Below, one piece after another: positions 11,333 through 23,710 of a stretch of DNA of 64,000 nucleotides. The DNA is from Octopus bimaculoides. Its lineage: Eukaryota. The position numbers were made by a program, and so were the translations under genes. The notes under the pieces are model-generated. The model did not search any database and had not been told where the DNA came from. It was given only the letters and a program-made list of their open reading frames with translations. Location: contig NC_068998.1 in the NCBI RefSeq assembly GCF_001194135.2, forward strand, positions 14,543,621 to 14,607,620, in the 5' to 3' direction. Positions within the stretch are counted from its first letter, which is position 1; every line of letters begins with the position of its first letter.

Positions 11333-12180
11333 ACACACACATGATGACTAAACGAGAAAACCACACGACGACAACAACTAGAAAGAGGATGGCTGATATA
11401 TCAATAGTCAGCTTCGTATATTACCTTTGATTTTGCTAAAGAATTTGAGAAAACAATAAATCTAATAAGGAAAATGAAACAGACGGAAGATCAGAAAAAT
11501 GCTGCGCAAATAACAAACTATTTGTTGAATCAAATCCTTTTTTTTTTTTAACCAAGCAATACACGATGAATACTTGGAAGTTAACACAATCAGAAAAAGG
11601 AATTTCAATCTGCAGTAGAACGAAAATCTGATTATATTTTATTATTTAATTTCCGATATCTTCATGGAAGCAGTTGAGAAGAAACATGTAATGAATAACA
11701 TTATAGATAAGATTCGAGAATAGATTTTACCAATCCGTGTCAGGAATTGAACTCATGGTAATGTAGCTTTCTTAAATAAAATAGAGTCGGGAGTAGAGTC
11801 ATTGACTTTGACGATTCCTGTAAATTCACTTGTCAGTCGTTTAGACCCAAATGAAAACTGATCGAATTGACTTATCATCCAAGATATTTCCGGCCATGTA
11901 CATGAACTGATCATGAATACACGGGCACCTAAAACAATTAGTGATAGCATGGTACTCGCTCTCAAGTCGGTAGTGGTAGTCGTTACGAGTTAATTTTTTA
12001 ACGTGTCCTGTCATTAGATAAACCACCAGGCTGAGATGTATGGATTTATGAGAAGCAAGGGAGCAATTTACTTCGCGATTAGTGAACAATTTTTGATCCT
12101 TGTATTTGATCAAACTGAAATCAAAACCCTTGTATCTATAGTATTTCATTCATCTCAGCGTTTATAGTCAGAAGACTGTT

Positions 12181-12640
12181 GACGTGGCTGTGTGATGAGA
12201 AGCTTACTTCCCAACCACATGGTTCCGAGTTCCGTCCCATTGCGTGGCATCTTGGGCAAATGAATTCTACTATAATCTCAGGATGACCAAAGCCTTATGG
12301 GTGGATTCGGTGGACGGAAATTGAAAGAAGCCCGCCGTATATATATATATACATATATATATAAGGTGCGCTTCTTTCAGTTTTCGGCCACCCAATCCAC
12401 CCATGTGTGTGTGTGTGTGTGTTTCTATCTGCGTTTGTCCTCCACCACCACTTGACAATTTGTGTTGATTTATTTACTTCCCCGTAACTAATTAGTTCGG
12501 CAAATAGACCATAAAATCAGTAGTAGGCTAAAAAAAAATTTGCTAGGGTCGTTTTAGTCGACTATAAATTCTCCAAGGCAGTGCTCTAGCATGGCTGCAA
12601 TCTAATGACCGGAGCAAGTGTAAGATTAAAGATAAAAGAT
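12181..12640 (+). mobile_element. composite SINE family B
   Basis: GTGGCTGTGTG..CCCAACCACATGGTTCCGAGTTCCGTCCC..CATCTTGGGCAAATG, internal TA/TG repeat, tail GTGCTCTAGCATGGCTGCAATCTAATGACC. Confidence 0.85.
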
Positions 12641-12929
12641 CTCATCTTTAGTTAGTTTAAAATTTCTGATGGAAAAATAATATAAATATAAGAAATACAT
12701 AGAAGGTTCTTATTTTTAAAACTTCAATAATCACTACACGGCATTCGTATAATAGACTGTAGCTATGGACATCACTCGATGTCTTGGCTTCCGTTAATGG
12801 GTTTAGGATTTTATGTTACTGCGAGCACACATTGATGTATACAACTTCCCCTTCCATCACCACCACATCGACCGTTGTCCCACCAGAAATTCGAGGATAT
12901 AACAACTAGAAGGCGAGAGGACTCCACCA

Positions 12930-13080
12930 GCACCCACTTGGCGCTTATTTCAAGGAATTACAATGGAGAATCGTGTAGTGGAGTGGCTTATTCAAGACCG
13001 CTAAGCACGGCTCGAACCGTCTATCGAACCTACGATCATACGATGGCGAGTCCTACATACTTAACAAATAAGCCACGTGT
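12930..13080 (-). mobile_element. degenerate tRNA-like SINE head
   Basis: Minus strand GTGGCTTATTTGTTAAG (A-box-like) ... GGTTCGAT (B-box-like) followed by GTCTTGAATAAGCCACT (core-like). Confidence 0.4.
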
Positions 13081-15045
13081 TTTTACGAAATAAACAGTAT
13101 AGTACACCAATTTCTCAGCTGGTATCATCATATTTATTTGGGTAAATATATTTCTTGTATGGAATACTAAAAGGAAGAAAAGTTGCAGCGAGGATAATTT
13201 TTTCCCCCCAAAAGTGTGTATGTGTGGTGGTGTTAGTGATGTCAGAACCGTTATAGTATCAGAATATGTTTTGCAGTACTTGTTCCGGTTTTCTTTATCT
13301 TCATAGTTGAAATCCAGTCGAGTTGAAATTTACATATTGTCCTTCCGGAGTTGATAAAATGTCTTACTCATACAATGGAGACGATTTGTCCAACGCGTTT
13401 ACTCGAAATTGTACCGATGTCAGAAACAATTTACAGGAAATATAACTTCACAGATACTTCAGATTTCTTTGACATAAATACACAATATATGTGCATATTT
13501 AAGTCAGGTGAACAGGCGGAAATATAAACATGAAATCCAAAAAAATATGTGAAGAAAAATCAAAGCATAAGAAGCGTACACAAAACTGGCATTTAGAAAA
13601 ATTTACAATATGTATAAGACAGATTTCGAGAAAATGATCATTGTTATGCTGTCCTACAAAGCAACCTTTTACTTTTTCGAGAAAGATAAATTAAGAAGAA
13701 CCATTTTATTACTGACATCGCCATATACTGAAATTATTTTATGTTTGTTTTTCGTCTATAGTAGATATAAATGCTACTGTTCAGTGTGTACATAACTATC
13801 ATTACTACTATTCATTATCCTTATTGTTATTATGTGATTTCATTACACATCACGTGCTTTCAATGTACTTTCAAGTTCTTTCTGCCCTGGGTATGTGTAG
13901 TACTCGTTTCGGTTTCTGTATTTCGTTATATTGAAAGTATATTATGCAACATGCACAGCTTCCAGTGGTACTGTTTCCTGTATGTTTCGTAAATTTGTAT
14001 TTACTGAGATGCTTGATGCATTTTCGTTTCCAGCTTGGTGAGTTTTCGAAGCTCCTATAATTAATGAGATTATTGCCGTCTGAGTACCCCCACCTAATTT
14101 TTAGTTGGAAAAAGCAGCCTTGCCTTTTGTGGTACATGCAATATATCTGCATCGGATTACAACCTATGTAGTCTAAATACAGTCGTCATTTTATTGTTTT
14201 CTTGTCTAGTCTCTGTAATTCACTTTGCGTTCAGTTGAGAATATTATAACTATAACTTATTACAGGAAAAGCTTGGTTGTTGGTTTCTTTTAACTTATAT
14301 ATGCATTTCTGTCGGTTTTAGGTATTAATCTAATGAATAATATTACTACACAACCTTTACTTTATTTCTATATGCTGTGCTCTGTGTAGTTTATTAATTC
14401 TAAATAATCCTCTGCTAAGTCTCTATAATTTTTTTTTATCTCTCTTCCTTTGTCAACATGAATTCTTTTTAGTAGTGTATATTGATTTTCTTCTCGCAGT
14501 TGTCTTGGCGCTATTTTATCAACAGAATGTCTTATCAATTCCTCTAGTGACTCCACGTATTGTATACATCAGTGTATCTTGTTTACCATATCCGCCGTTC
14601 AAATTGATGTCCGCTATATTGAAATATAGTTGATCGTGTCTCATTACCGACTGTAGCTTAACACGTTAAGTAAAAGTGTTAACTTTATACAGAAATAGGA
14701 GCTGAAAGACAGAGTCCCTTTCGAATTTTCAGCTTTTAATAGGGATCAGATTTGGGCTCATAAGTTCCTTCAGTTGTTTGTATTCACAGAATTGCCTGGT
14801 ATTTATTTATGGGACATTTGATACTCCTGCTTATTCTTGATAGTCCCTAATTCATGACTAAGATTCCATTATCCACGTGTTAAGAATACAATGAGGGAGT
14901 CATTTTGTAATTAATCAATGACAAACTCTGAGAAACCTTTCTCAATTTACCTTGTCGTTTTATGAAGTCGATCGCAAATTCATATCTACAGCAAACATTC
15001 ACTTAATTTGGGAGTAATTTTTCTTTATTCATGTAAATATGTGCA

Positions 15046-15425
15046 TCTCTGATCATGAGCAAAAGTAGTGGGGGAGCATCATAGCCATGTGTTAAGAGGA
15101 ATTCTTTGGGGTTTGAATAATTCACCTTTGGAAACATGGGTGTTTTGTTCAACATCCTTAAACAAACCTTATTCAGGGACCTTTTGAGCAGGATGGGGCT
15201 ACCCGACCTGAAGAAAATTCTAACTGGGCCCCACCTGCGAGGTCATGCACTGTTTCTCTTGATATAAGATCACCATGTCGCGCACATATGGTTGTGATGC
15301 ATATACCCGGTATACCCTTATCAGACGGGTAGTCATGATGGGTATAATGGGCTTCGTATATTTTACCCCAGTGTCACTTTGATGGCATGCACTGCTCTCT
15401 CATTCAATAATAATAATAATAATAA
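15046..15425 (+). mobile_element. retroposon 3' end with (AAT)n tail, family D
   Basis: CATCATAGCCATGTGTTAAGAGGAATTC...CTGGGCCCCACC...CCAGTGTCACTTTGATGGCATGCACTGCTCTCTCATTC(AAT)n; copies at 55322-55703 (minus) and 61190-61382. Confidence 0.8.
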
Positions 15426-15427
15426 TG

Positions 15428-15458
<31 letters not shown>

Positions 15459-17117
15459 TCTTCTGAGATGATATTCAGCCTTATATGCGATCGTTGATAT
15501 TGAAAGAAGTGCCAGTAAAGTACTTCTGTAACTTCAATTAATTGTTTCCTCTCTAAATATTTCTGGCCTTTATGCCAGAGTTAAAAATCATAATTACATG
15601 AGGTACATACCATCGTTGTTGTTTGGATTCCATTTCATTGCAAGTTAAGTCAGCACTTCCGTTAGATTTTACGCTCAGCTAAATCATTTACGTAACTCAA
15701 TTCAGATCTAATTAAGGTTTGTATTTATTCAATAAAACAATGTTTTTCCCGCTAACACAGCACTGGCACCATATCGGCTATCAAGTATTTTCCATTTTAA
15801 ATATCGACATTTATCGGTGTTGATAATCGATCAGAAAGTAGTGATTATATAAATGTGCAACTATGCATATGCACGCATAAATGCACACACACACTCACCT
15901 ACACGCATACACGTACACACATACACGTACTCACATAGATAAAATCGCTATGTATATATACGCATATATCCATCATGTACTAACATAAAAAATAGAGACA
16001 CAGAAGTACATATCTATACCTAGATACACATGCCCCACACATACACACACGCGCGCATACACACACACACGCGCATACAAACACACGTATTCACACACGC
16101 GCAAACACACAGGTACACATATATGTATCCAGATGAACATGCCCCATAATACATACATACATACATACATACATACATGCATACATACATTACATGCTTA
16201 CATACACATATACCTACATACATTCTCTNNNNNNNNNNNNNNNNNNNNNNNNNNNNNNNNNNNNNNNNNNNNNNNNNNNNNNNNNNNNNNNNNNNNNNNN
16301 NNNNNNNNNNNNNNNNNNNNNNNNNNNNNNNNNNNNNNNNNNNNNNNNNNNNNNNNNNNNNNNNNNNNNNNNNNNNNNNNNNNNNNNNNNNNNNNNNNNN
16401 NNNNNNNNNNNNNNNNNNNNNNNNNNNNNNNNNNNNNNNNNNNNNNNNNNNNNNNNNNNNNNNNNNNNNNNNNNNNNNNNNNNNNNNNNNNNNNNNNNNN
16501 NNNNNNNNNNNNNNNNNNNNNNNNNNNNNNNNNNNNNNNNNNNNNNNNNNNNNNNNNNNNNNNNNNNNNNNNNNNNNNNNNNNNNNNNNNNNNNNNNNNN
16601 NNNNNNNNNNNNNNNNNNNNNNNNNNNNNNNNNNNNNNNNNNNNNNNNNNNNNNNNNNNNNNNNNNNNNNNNNNNNNNNNNNNNNNNNNNNNNNNNNNNN
16701 NNNNNNNNNNNNNNNNNNNNNNNNNNNNNNNNNNNNNNNNNNNNNNNNNNNNNNNNNNNNNNNNNNNNNNNNNNNNNNNNNNNNNNNNNNNNNNNNNNNN
16801 NNNNNNNNNNNNNNNNNNNNNNNNNNNNNNNNNNNNNNNNNNNNNNNNNNNNNNNNNNNNNNNNNNNNNNNNNNNNNNNNNNNNNNNNNNNNNNNNNNNN
16901 NNNNNNNNNNNNNNNNNNNNNNNNNNNNNNNNNNNNNNNNNNNNNNNNNNNNNNNNNNNNNNNNNNNNNNNNNNNNNNNNNNNNNNNNNNNNNNNNNNNN
17001 NNNNNNNNNNNNNNNNNNNNNNNNNNNNNNNNNNNNNNNNNNNNNNNNNNNNNNNNNNNNNNNNNNNNNNNNNNNNNNNNNNNNNNNNNNNNNNNNNNNN
17101 NNNNNNNNNNNNNNNNN

Positions 17118-17161
<44 letters not shown>

Positions 17162-17189
17162 GCGTGTGTATGTATATATAATCAAAATA

Positions 17190-17340
17190 TATATTAAAAA
17201 AAGACGAAGACAGGTGTATGAACAATAATCAAGCGTATTAGTTTGACGCTCTGGAAAATGAAAAAAAAGCCTATTTCCGTTTCGAGCCTACGTTCCAGAA
17301 AAGAAAGGAATAAAAGAAAATAAACAGAGAGAAAATTTAT
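17190..17340 (-). mobile_element. PLE-type terminal repeat, family P2 (degenerate)
   Basis: AAGACGAAGACAGGTGT..GTATTAGTTTGACGCTC..CGTTTCGAGCCTACG matches 26510-26620 and 29785-29845. Confidence 0.65.
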
Positions 17341-17478
17341 ATATATGTACATGTATATATACATACATGTATGTATACATATATGAATGTATAAAGGTTT
17401 TTTAACATACTGACTTCTTTGTAAAATCATTGATTATTAATTAATCAATTAATTAATTAAGTTTACCTTATACTATTA

Positions 17479-17561
<83 letters not shown>

Positions 17562-19214
17562 GCATATATGTGAGTGTATAAAGTGTGTGTGTCTGACTGT
17601 GTGTGTGTGTGTGTGTGTTTTACATGATTTGTTTAAGTCTCATGTTAATGGTTTAAATATATCAATCATTATTAACTTTGGTTCATACTTTAAGACATTC
17701 CACTAGTATCCGAAACCATTATAGTCTAAGTATAAGTTATGACCTTAGATGAATTCAGCTGCTATTTCTAGCGCATAAAGAGACCACAATGTGTTTATGT
17801 GGTTGATTCGATAACTTATTGGACATTTTGCTGATATTGATACAGATTTCTATTGAAATAAAACCAACAATATAAGATATATTAAAATCTGAAAATTGCT
17901 CATTATCTTATCTCCAACATTTCCTTCTCGCTTTTGCTGCCTTGTAGAGCTGCAGTCTATTTTCGTAATCTCATGCCAACTGTTAAGTCTGTGCTAGCCG
18001 ACTGGTACAACAAGAAAATAAAATTACTGCCCTGCTGTTTCCGTTTCTGTTTATAAATCAATCCAGCATAAAATTAGCTGTCATTGTTTTGAAATATCTG
18101 TTGAATTAATTGAATCATCGATTGATTGATTAATCGAACGCTTCTGTGAGCGTTCAGTCTTGTACGAAGATCAATTTCAGACATCAATGTTTACTATGCT
18201 AAAGAAAATTACGTTTAGCTTTACTTTTCGAAATGTTTTTCTTTATGGGAAATTACCGGGTTATTAAATAAGAGAGTCAGCTCATGTCATATGCTTGGTG
18301 AAACTGGAATTAAACAGAATATTAAATTAGTTACAGACGAAAGATAGGTCAGTATGGAAGTATTTACAGGCTCGCACACACGCAGAGTTGCATAAGAATA
18401 ATAGTACCCTTTTGACATTGCTGATTATAGGGTCCAGTACAGCAGGAATAGTGTGTGCATTCGAATACTTTTATTTTATTACTACTTATGGTGGATCTTC
18501 ATGCGATTTATCAATTATATCGATTCCAATAATTTGTATAGGATTTATTGATCTCAATGTGATTGAAATGGCAAGTCGACTGAATATAATGATAGGCAAC
18601 AAGGGGTTTTCATTTGACGCACAGGCATTAGAGTCCAACGGCGTAATAGCTTATATCATATATACACATATATATATATACACACACATGCATATATNNN
18701 NNNNNNNNNNNNNNNNNNNNNNNNNNNNNNNNNNNNNNNNNNNNNNNNNNNNNNNNNNNNNNNNNNNNNNNNNNNNNNNNNNNNNNNNNNNNNNNNNNNN
18801 NNNNNNNNNNNNNNNNNNNNNNNNNNNNNNNNNNNNNNNNNNNNNNNNNNNNNNNNNNNNNNNNNNNNNNNNNNNNNNNGTATGTATGTATGTATGTATA
18901 TATGTATGTATGTATGTAACAGAAGAATGGCGTTCAATTTCGCGACAATTTTTTCATTAGAAATTTATTCAATGAAGTCATAATAGATGGCATAGCTTTC
19001 CAGCATCATCAGGCATAACATAAGCTTATTTAACCGTGATTTCACTCACCAGCTTTTGATAGTGAAGTTTTAAAGGAAACCTTCCAATATATAAAACAAA
19101 TAAGTGTTTCTCAAGAGATGTCAATGAATACGGAACCCACTACAGATGGGAAAAGAGAGAGAAGGGGGAGAGGGAGAGAGCCAGACAAACAGACAGAGAG
19201 GGGGAAGGAGAGAG

Positions 19215-19345
19215 AGACAGAGAGAACAGTTGCATCGTGTGCCACCAGTCAGGTGTCGAACTGATCGCAGAGCAACCTGACATGAAGCGCTTTGCTCAAT
19301 AACACAACGCACCACCCGTTCTAGGAATTGAAACTACGATATGAG
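19215..19345 (-). mobile_element. tRNA-like SINE fragment, family C
   Basis: Minus strand GTAGTTTCAATTCC (B-box-like) then GTTGTGTTATTGAGCAAAGCGCTTCA (CORE/V-domain-like). Confidence 0.5.
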
Positions 19346-19899
19346 CAATTTAATATTAATAATAATATATATCATGTAAAATTTAGCAAACTGTAGTAGG
19401 ACTCTGAACTTGTAACCATGTTAGTAATTCGCAAGTGATTTAACTTGTAATCGTTTAACTATTTTGTTGTTTGTTACTTTTGCCCTCACGTAGTTCTAAT
19501 AGGCAGAATGCACTCAGGAACGTTTAGACATTTACTTGTTCGTCTAGTTTAACCACCACTTGGAAATATGCTGCCTATTTAAATGTTAGATTTAGCATTA
19601 TAATTCGAAGGTAAATGCACTAGCAACCACCTCCCCTAACAGTAGTCTCCCCTTAACTGTTAGTAAGTTACTGCTGTATGGTTGCTCGTATTTCTGTTCA
19701 GATTGTGTATCAGGACACAAGCAACCTCGTGCCACTTATGACATAGTCTACTCCCCTACACGTTTTATTTACTGTTTTTATTTTACTGTTTTACTTACTT
19801 CTACCCCTGTAACGGTCTTAGCTTGCCCTTGATTTTAAATATAACTGACCAATTGTAAAGTTAGCTGGACTTTTGGTCAATTCCATTACGGACAACAGG

Positions 19900-20470
19900 T
19901 GGTTGGTCTCTAGAATATTTCAGTAAGTACACTATTATAAAGACTTCACGAGTATGTTTTTGGATAAATATTAATTAGCTCTATTTTCGAAATCACAAGT
20001 ACTATCCTTTTCCTAGACTCATTGATGATTACTGTTATACTTAAGTACTAGTTTTATTTTATTATTATTCATACACCCTGGTACCCCTAAGAGAAGATTA
20101 ACCCACCAATTATTTTTCTAGATTATTTGCTGGTTTACTTTTTCTCCCTTCGACTTCAAGCGTTACACCTCAAAATGGTATAATTCTAATTCATTAAGCC
20201 TTCTTTCCTTAGCTCGAGGCTCTGTTCTTTCCTCTTCCCTCTTCTCATCTTTTATTTTATGTATTTGTATTCACTCTGATGAAGCTCCATGTACTAGATC
20301 GTATGTGTTATAAATATGACGAATATTATTTTCAGAAATTTCGTTGGAGGCACCGAATGACATTGGTAGCTGAAACGACCGTAAGCAATGTTAACGTATT
20401 GTCCTTTGAATCGCGCGTATGTATTGAATCCTAATTTGTATTAAATCAAATTTTGATGCAACATCTTTTT
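19900..20470 (+). mobile_element. degenerate Penelope-like 3' end
   Basis: TTTTGGATAAATA (FWIN, like the end of GIY-YIG) followed by a pyrimidine tract and a hammerhead motif. Confidence 0.45.
20269..20389 (+). ncRNA. hammerhead ribozyme motif, partly degenerate
   Basis: CTGATGA-AGCT...AGCT-GAAAC-GACC-GTA-AGCAAT; stem II closure intact, stem III one change from palindromic ACGGCCGT, stem I imperfect. Confidence 0.6.
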
Positions 20471-20929
20471 CTCCTCCATTTTTTCTATACTTGCTTATGG
20501 TATGGTATATTTATACCTATAACGATAAATTTGTATGTATATATGTTCTCTTCTACTTTATATACTTCGCATAAGGGCCAAAGTGCTTTCTAACAAATAT
20601 ACAAAGCTACATCATTGGAATGTAAATAATGAAACAAACATTCGCGTTCTTAACTCGAAAACAGTCTTGCATATTTTTATAGCTTGAACCGCTACTTTGT
20701 AATGCATTCATTATTTGATTCATTTTCTTTTTCTGAAAGCCTAAACCTTTCCAGATTTCACTTAGACATTCACGTATGGATAATTTTATGTATGCATAGT
20801 TCCAAGGGAGACAAGTGGGCCAACACATCTGAGTACGCACTGTATACTAGAATGTATATTCATATATTTATATATGATTTTCGTCAGTGAAGAGGTAAAC
20901 ACAACATTCTGATCGTTGATTTGTCTGGG

Positions 20930-21250
20930 TACAACGTCTTGACAACTGATAATTTGATTGATACCACCTAAGCGGCAATTTGCCGCCAGTATATAAAAAC
21001 ACAGAGATTTATAGAAGTTTCATTAATGCACGGATAAGATTCAGAAATAGACACAAGGAAACAAAAGTAAGCATTTACGAGCTATTGTGATCATTGGGGA
21101 ATATAATACTAATGTTTTAATGTGAAAATCCTAATAACAGTGAAGAGAAAAGGAAAAACCCAGTATCAATGGAATAACGAATACAAAAGTCTATAAATCA
21201 ATTGAAACCGAATGAGTATGTAAAACAAAATGAAGTGAACGTGCTATCTA
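20930..21250 (-). other. copy 1 of a diverged duplication (partner 23380-23710)
   Basis: Shared blocks AAATAGACA, TGATCATTGGGG, GAAGAGA..AAAA.CC..TAT and TATGTAAAAC.AAAT..G.GAAC.TG; strong minus acceptor before 21130. Confidence 0.6.
20990..21072 (+). promoter_or_regulatory. possible TATA box, initiator and first-exon donor
   Basis: TATATAAAA at 20990, TCATT with A at 21022 (about 30 nt downstream), AAA|GTAAGC donor at 21067. Motif match only. Confidence 0.2.
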
Positions 21251-22620
21251 TAGCTGCTTTAATTTCACGCTATTATAAGAAGAGACGTGGTTTGTTCTCT
21301 ATATGATTCTGCAGGTGCTATTGTTGCTGTTGACGCAGTTGCTAGTATTGCTGCTTCTATCACTAATACTCTATAAGCTGTTTATTCTTGACAGTTCTTT
21401 TCATAGAAGTTACATAATATGTAGTGAGTTGAAGCATGTTTAAATTGACTTACATCTTGGGTATTTCTTCAATTTAAATTCATTAATTACAATCACCAGT
21501 ATAGAAAAATATAACACGATCTCAAGGAATCGATAAATCCCAACAGTTCATTCGACATTTTACAGCTTTTATTAATGGCTCGTTGTATTTGTAAGGACTA
21601 AATAAAAGCATTCCCTGCTTCTCTCGAAGCAAGAAAACATGTTTTAGCCTGTGGCACTTACCTATATAATTTCTGTATTAAAACGTACGCTTTAAGTCAG
21701 TAGTTCACCGAAAGTTTATAAAAAAAAAAGCTTGTTAATTCGATTAGTTCCGACGTTTCCTCTGAATTATTTGTGGGTAATCTAAGAATGCTGTCCACGT
21801 TTCGCAAAATTATAACATCGATGGTAACAGTTAAAGTAAATGCATCAATCAAGAAATATTGGTCAGCGATGAAATAATCTAACTCGGTCTACGATTCCTA
21901 TTCAACAGTATTCTTAGTATTCCACCCATCTTATAGATCAAATATATTCGTTTGTTGACGATAAATTTGGTGGCTTACAACCAAACTTGAGAATTTGCTC
22001 TGAGTCCTTGTTAAAAATAGATCCATTATCTCCCGACGTCTATCGACACATATAAATCCCGTAATTACAAGACACTATACGCTTAAATCATTTGATATAG
22101 AGTTTCTTTATTCTTTTGTACATCGAGACTTAAATATTTCAGCCAAGTGATTCACTCAATTTACAGTAAAGTACTAACAAAAATAACGCTAATAAGTCGA
22201 TACTCCGAAACTAGGAATGAATTCACTTCCGCGATAGCTTACCACTGCCAGCTTAAAATCAATTAATTAACAAAATCTTTTCTTATAAAATGTTTATTAC
22301 TACAGACTAACGTAGCTCATATAAATATGTTATGTTGCTTTCCGAGTATGCAGTATTTTTTCGCTTTCGAACCATACGGATAAATTGCTTTGGTTCAGCC
22401 GTCTTAATTTCGGTCTTACACAGAGCATTGCGTGTTTCTAATGAGTTATAGACAATCATATTAGAGAAATCTAATTAAAAAAGAAACACATGTATATTTG
22501 GATGAGGTCACCATACGTTAAAACCAAAGTGGAAAATAATTGAAATTCGTAAAACTCGAGTATAAACCTAATACGACAGTTTACTGAATTTATCTGCATT
22601 ATAAATTATGTGATAAGTAG

Positions 22621-22790
22621 AGCGGTGAACTGGCAGAATCGTTAGCATGCCGGACGAAATGCTTAACGGTATTTCGTCTGTCGCTACGTTCTGCGTCCAA
22701 ATTCCGCTGAGGTCGACTTTGCCTTTCATTGTTTCGGGGTTGATGTAATCGACTCATCCTCTCTTTCAAAATTGCTGCCCTTGTATATTA
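22621..22790 (+). mobile_element. SINE family A
   Basis: TGGCAGAATCGTTAGCATGCCGGACGAAATGC..GAGGTCGACTTTGCCTTTCAT. Confidence 0.85.
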
Positions 22791-23379
22791 TTCCAAACAA
22801 GATTATCATTTCTCCGAAAATATAATCCCTCTAATCCATAATCAGTTTCCGCTCTCACAGGATGCTGTAACGGCAACCAATAACTTAAAAACAGCTATTA
22901 CGGCGCCTTTCAAAACCAAAGGAGACGAGCAAATGCTGTTTTCTGACGAGAAGGATAACTCTAAGGCGCCATTGAAGATATCATTAATCAAAATTTTAGA
23001 CCTGTAGTATTCATTTCTCAGTTACTAAATTCTGCAGGCAACAATCTTTAACCGGTGGAAAAAAACAAAAAAACTTAGTCGATATTTGAGGCTTTTATAA
23101 GTGACATAGAATTCTCTTAAGCAAACTATATACCTTAGTAACTGAGCAAAGTATTCCATTCCTTATAAGTGTAATATGAAATAGATAAGTAATATTGAAA
23201 ATGAGTAAATATTACGCAGGCGATTAGAACTCATGTCGTATTATTACGAAAGCTCACTTTGATATGATACGCTCTTGATATTGGGGCAGACTAGGCACTA
23301 GACAACAACAAAACGACACCAGCAACAACGATAGGAACAGTATATTATGTTTCTCTACGTCATGTAATACCAGTGATTA

Positions 23380-23710
23380 GATATGCGTTGACAACCATTC
23401 ATTTGGTCGAAACAGTATCTACTTAGTCGGTTGCTATTGTATAGGAATATTAAGTTATTTGAAATTCAATTTCTACTAGTATAAAATGCAAAAAATAGAC
23501 AGGACAAGCTAACGTGAACATATATCAGCCACCATGATCATTGGGGGGTATAGCAAATACAATTTAAAGACAAATCTTGAAGAGAGAAAAAAAATCCGAT
23601 ATTGGAAAAATTGTATATCGAAGTAGATAAACTAGAAATGGTATGATTTATGAAAATATGAGATTGATATTAACGTTCTTATGTAAAACGAAATTATGCG
23701 AACATGTCAT
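23380..23710 (-). other. copy 2 of the 20930-21250 duplication
   Basis: Minus acceptor GATTTTTTTTCTCTCTTCAAG| before 23575, then LYPPMIMVA versus LYSPMITIA in copy 1. Confidence 0.55.
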
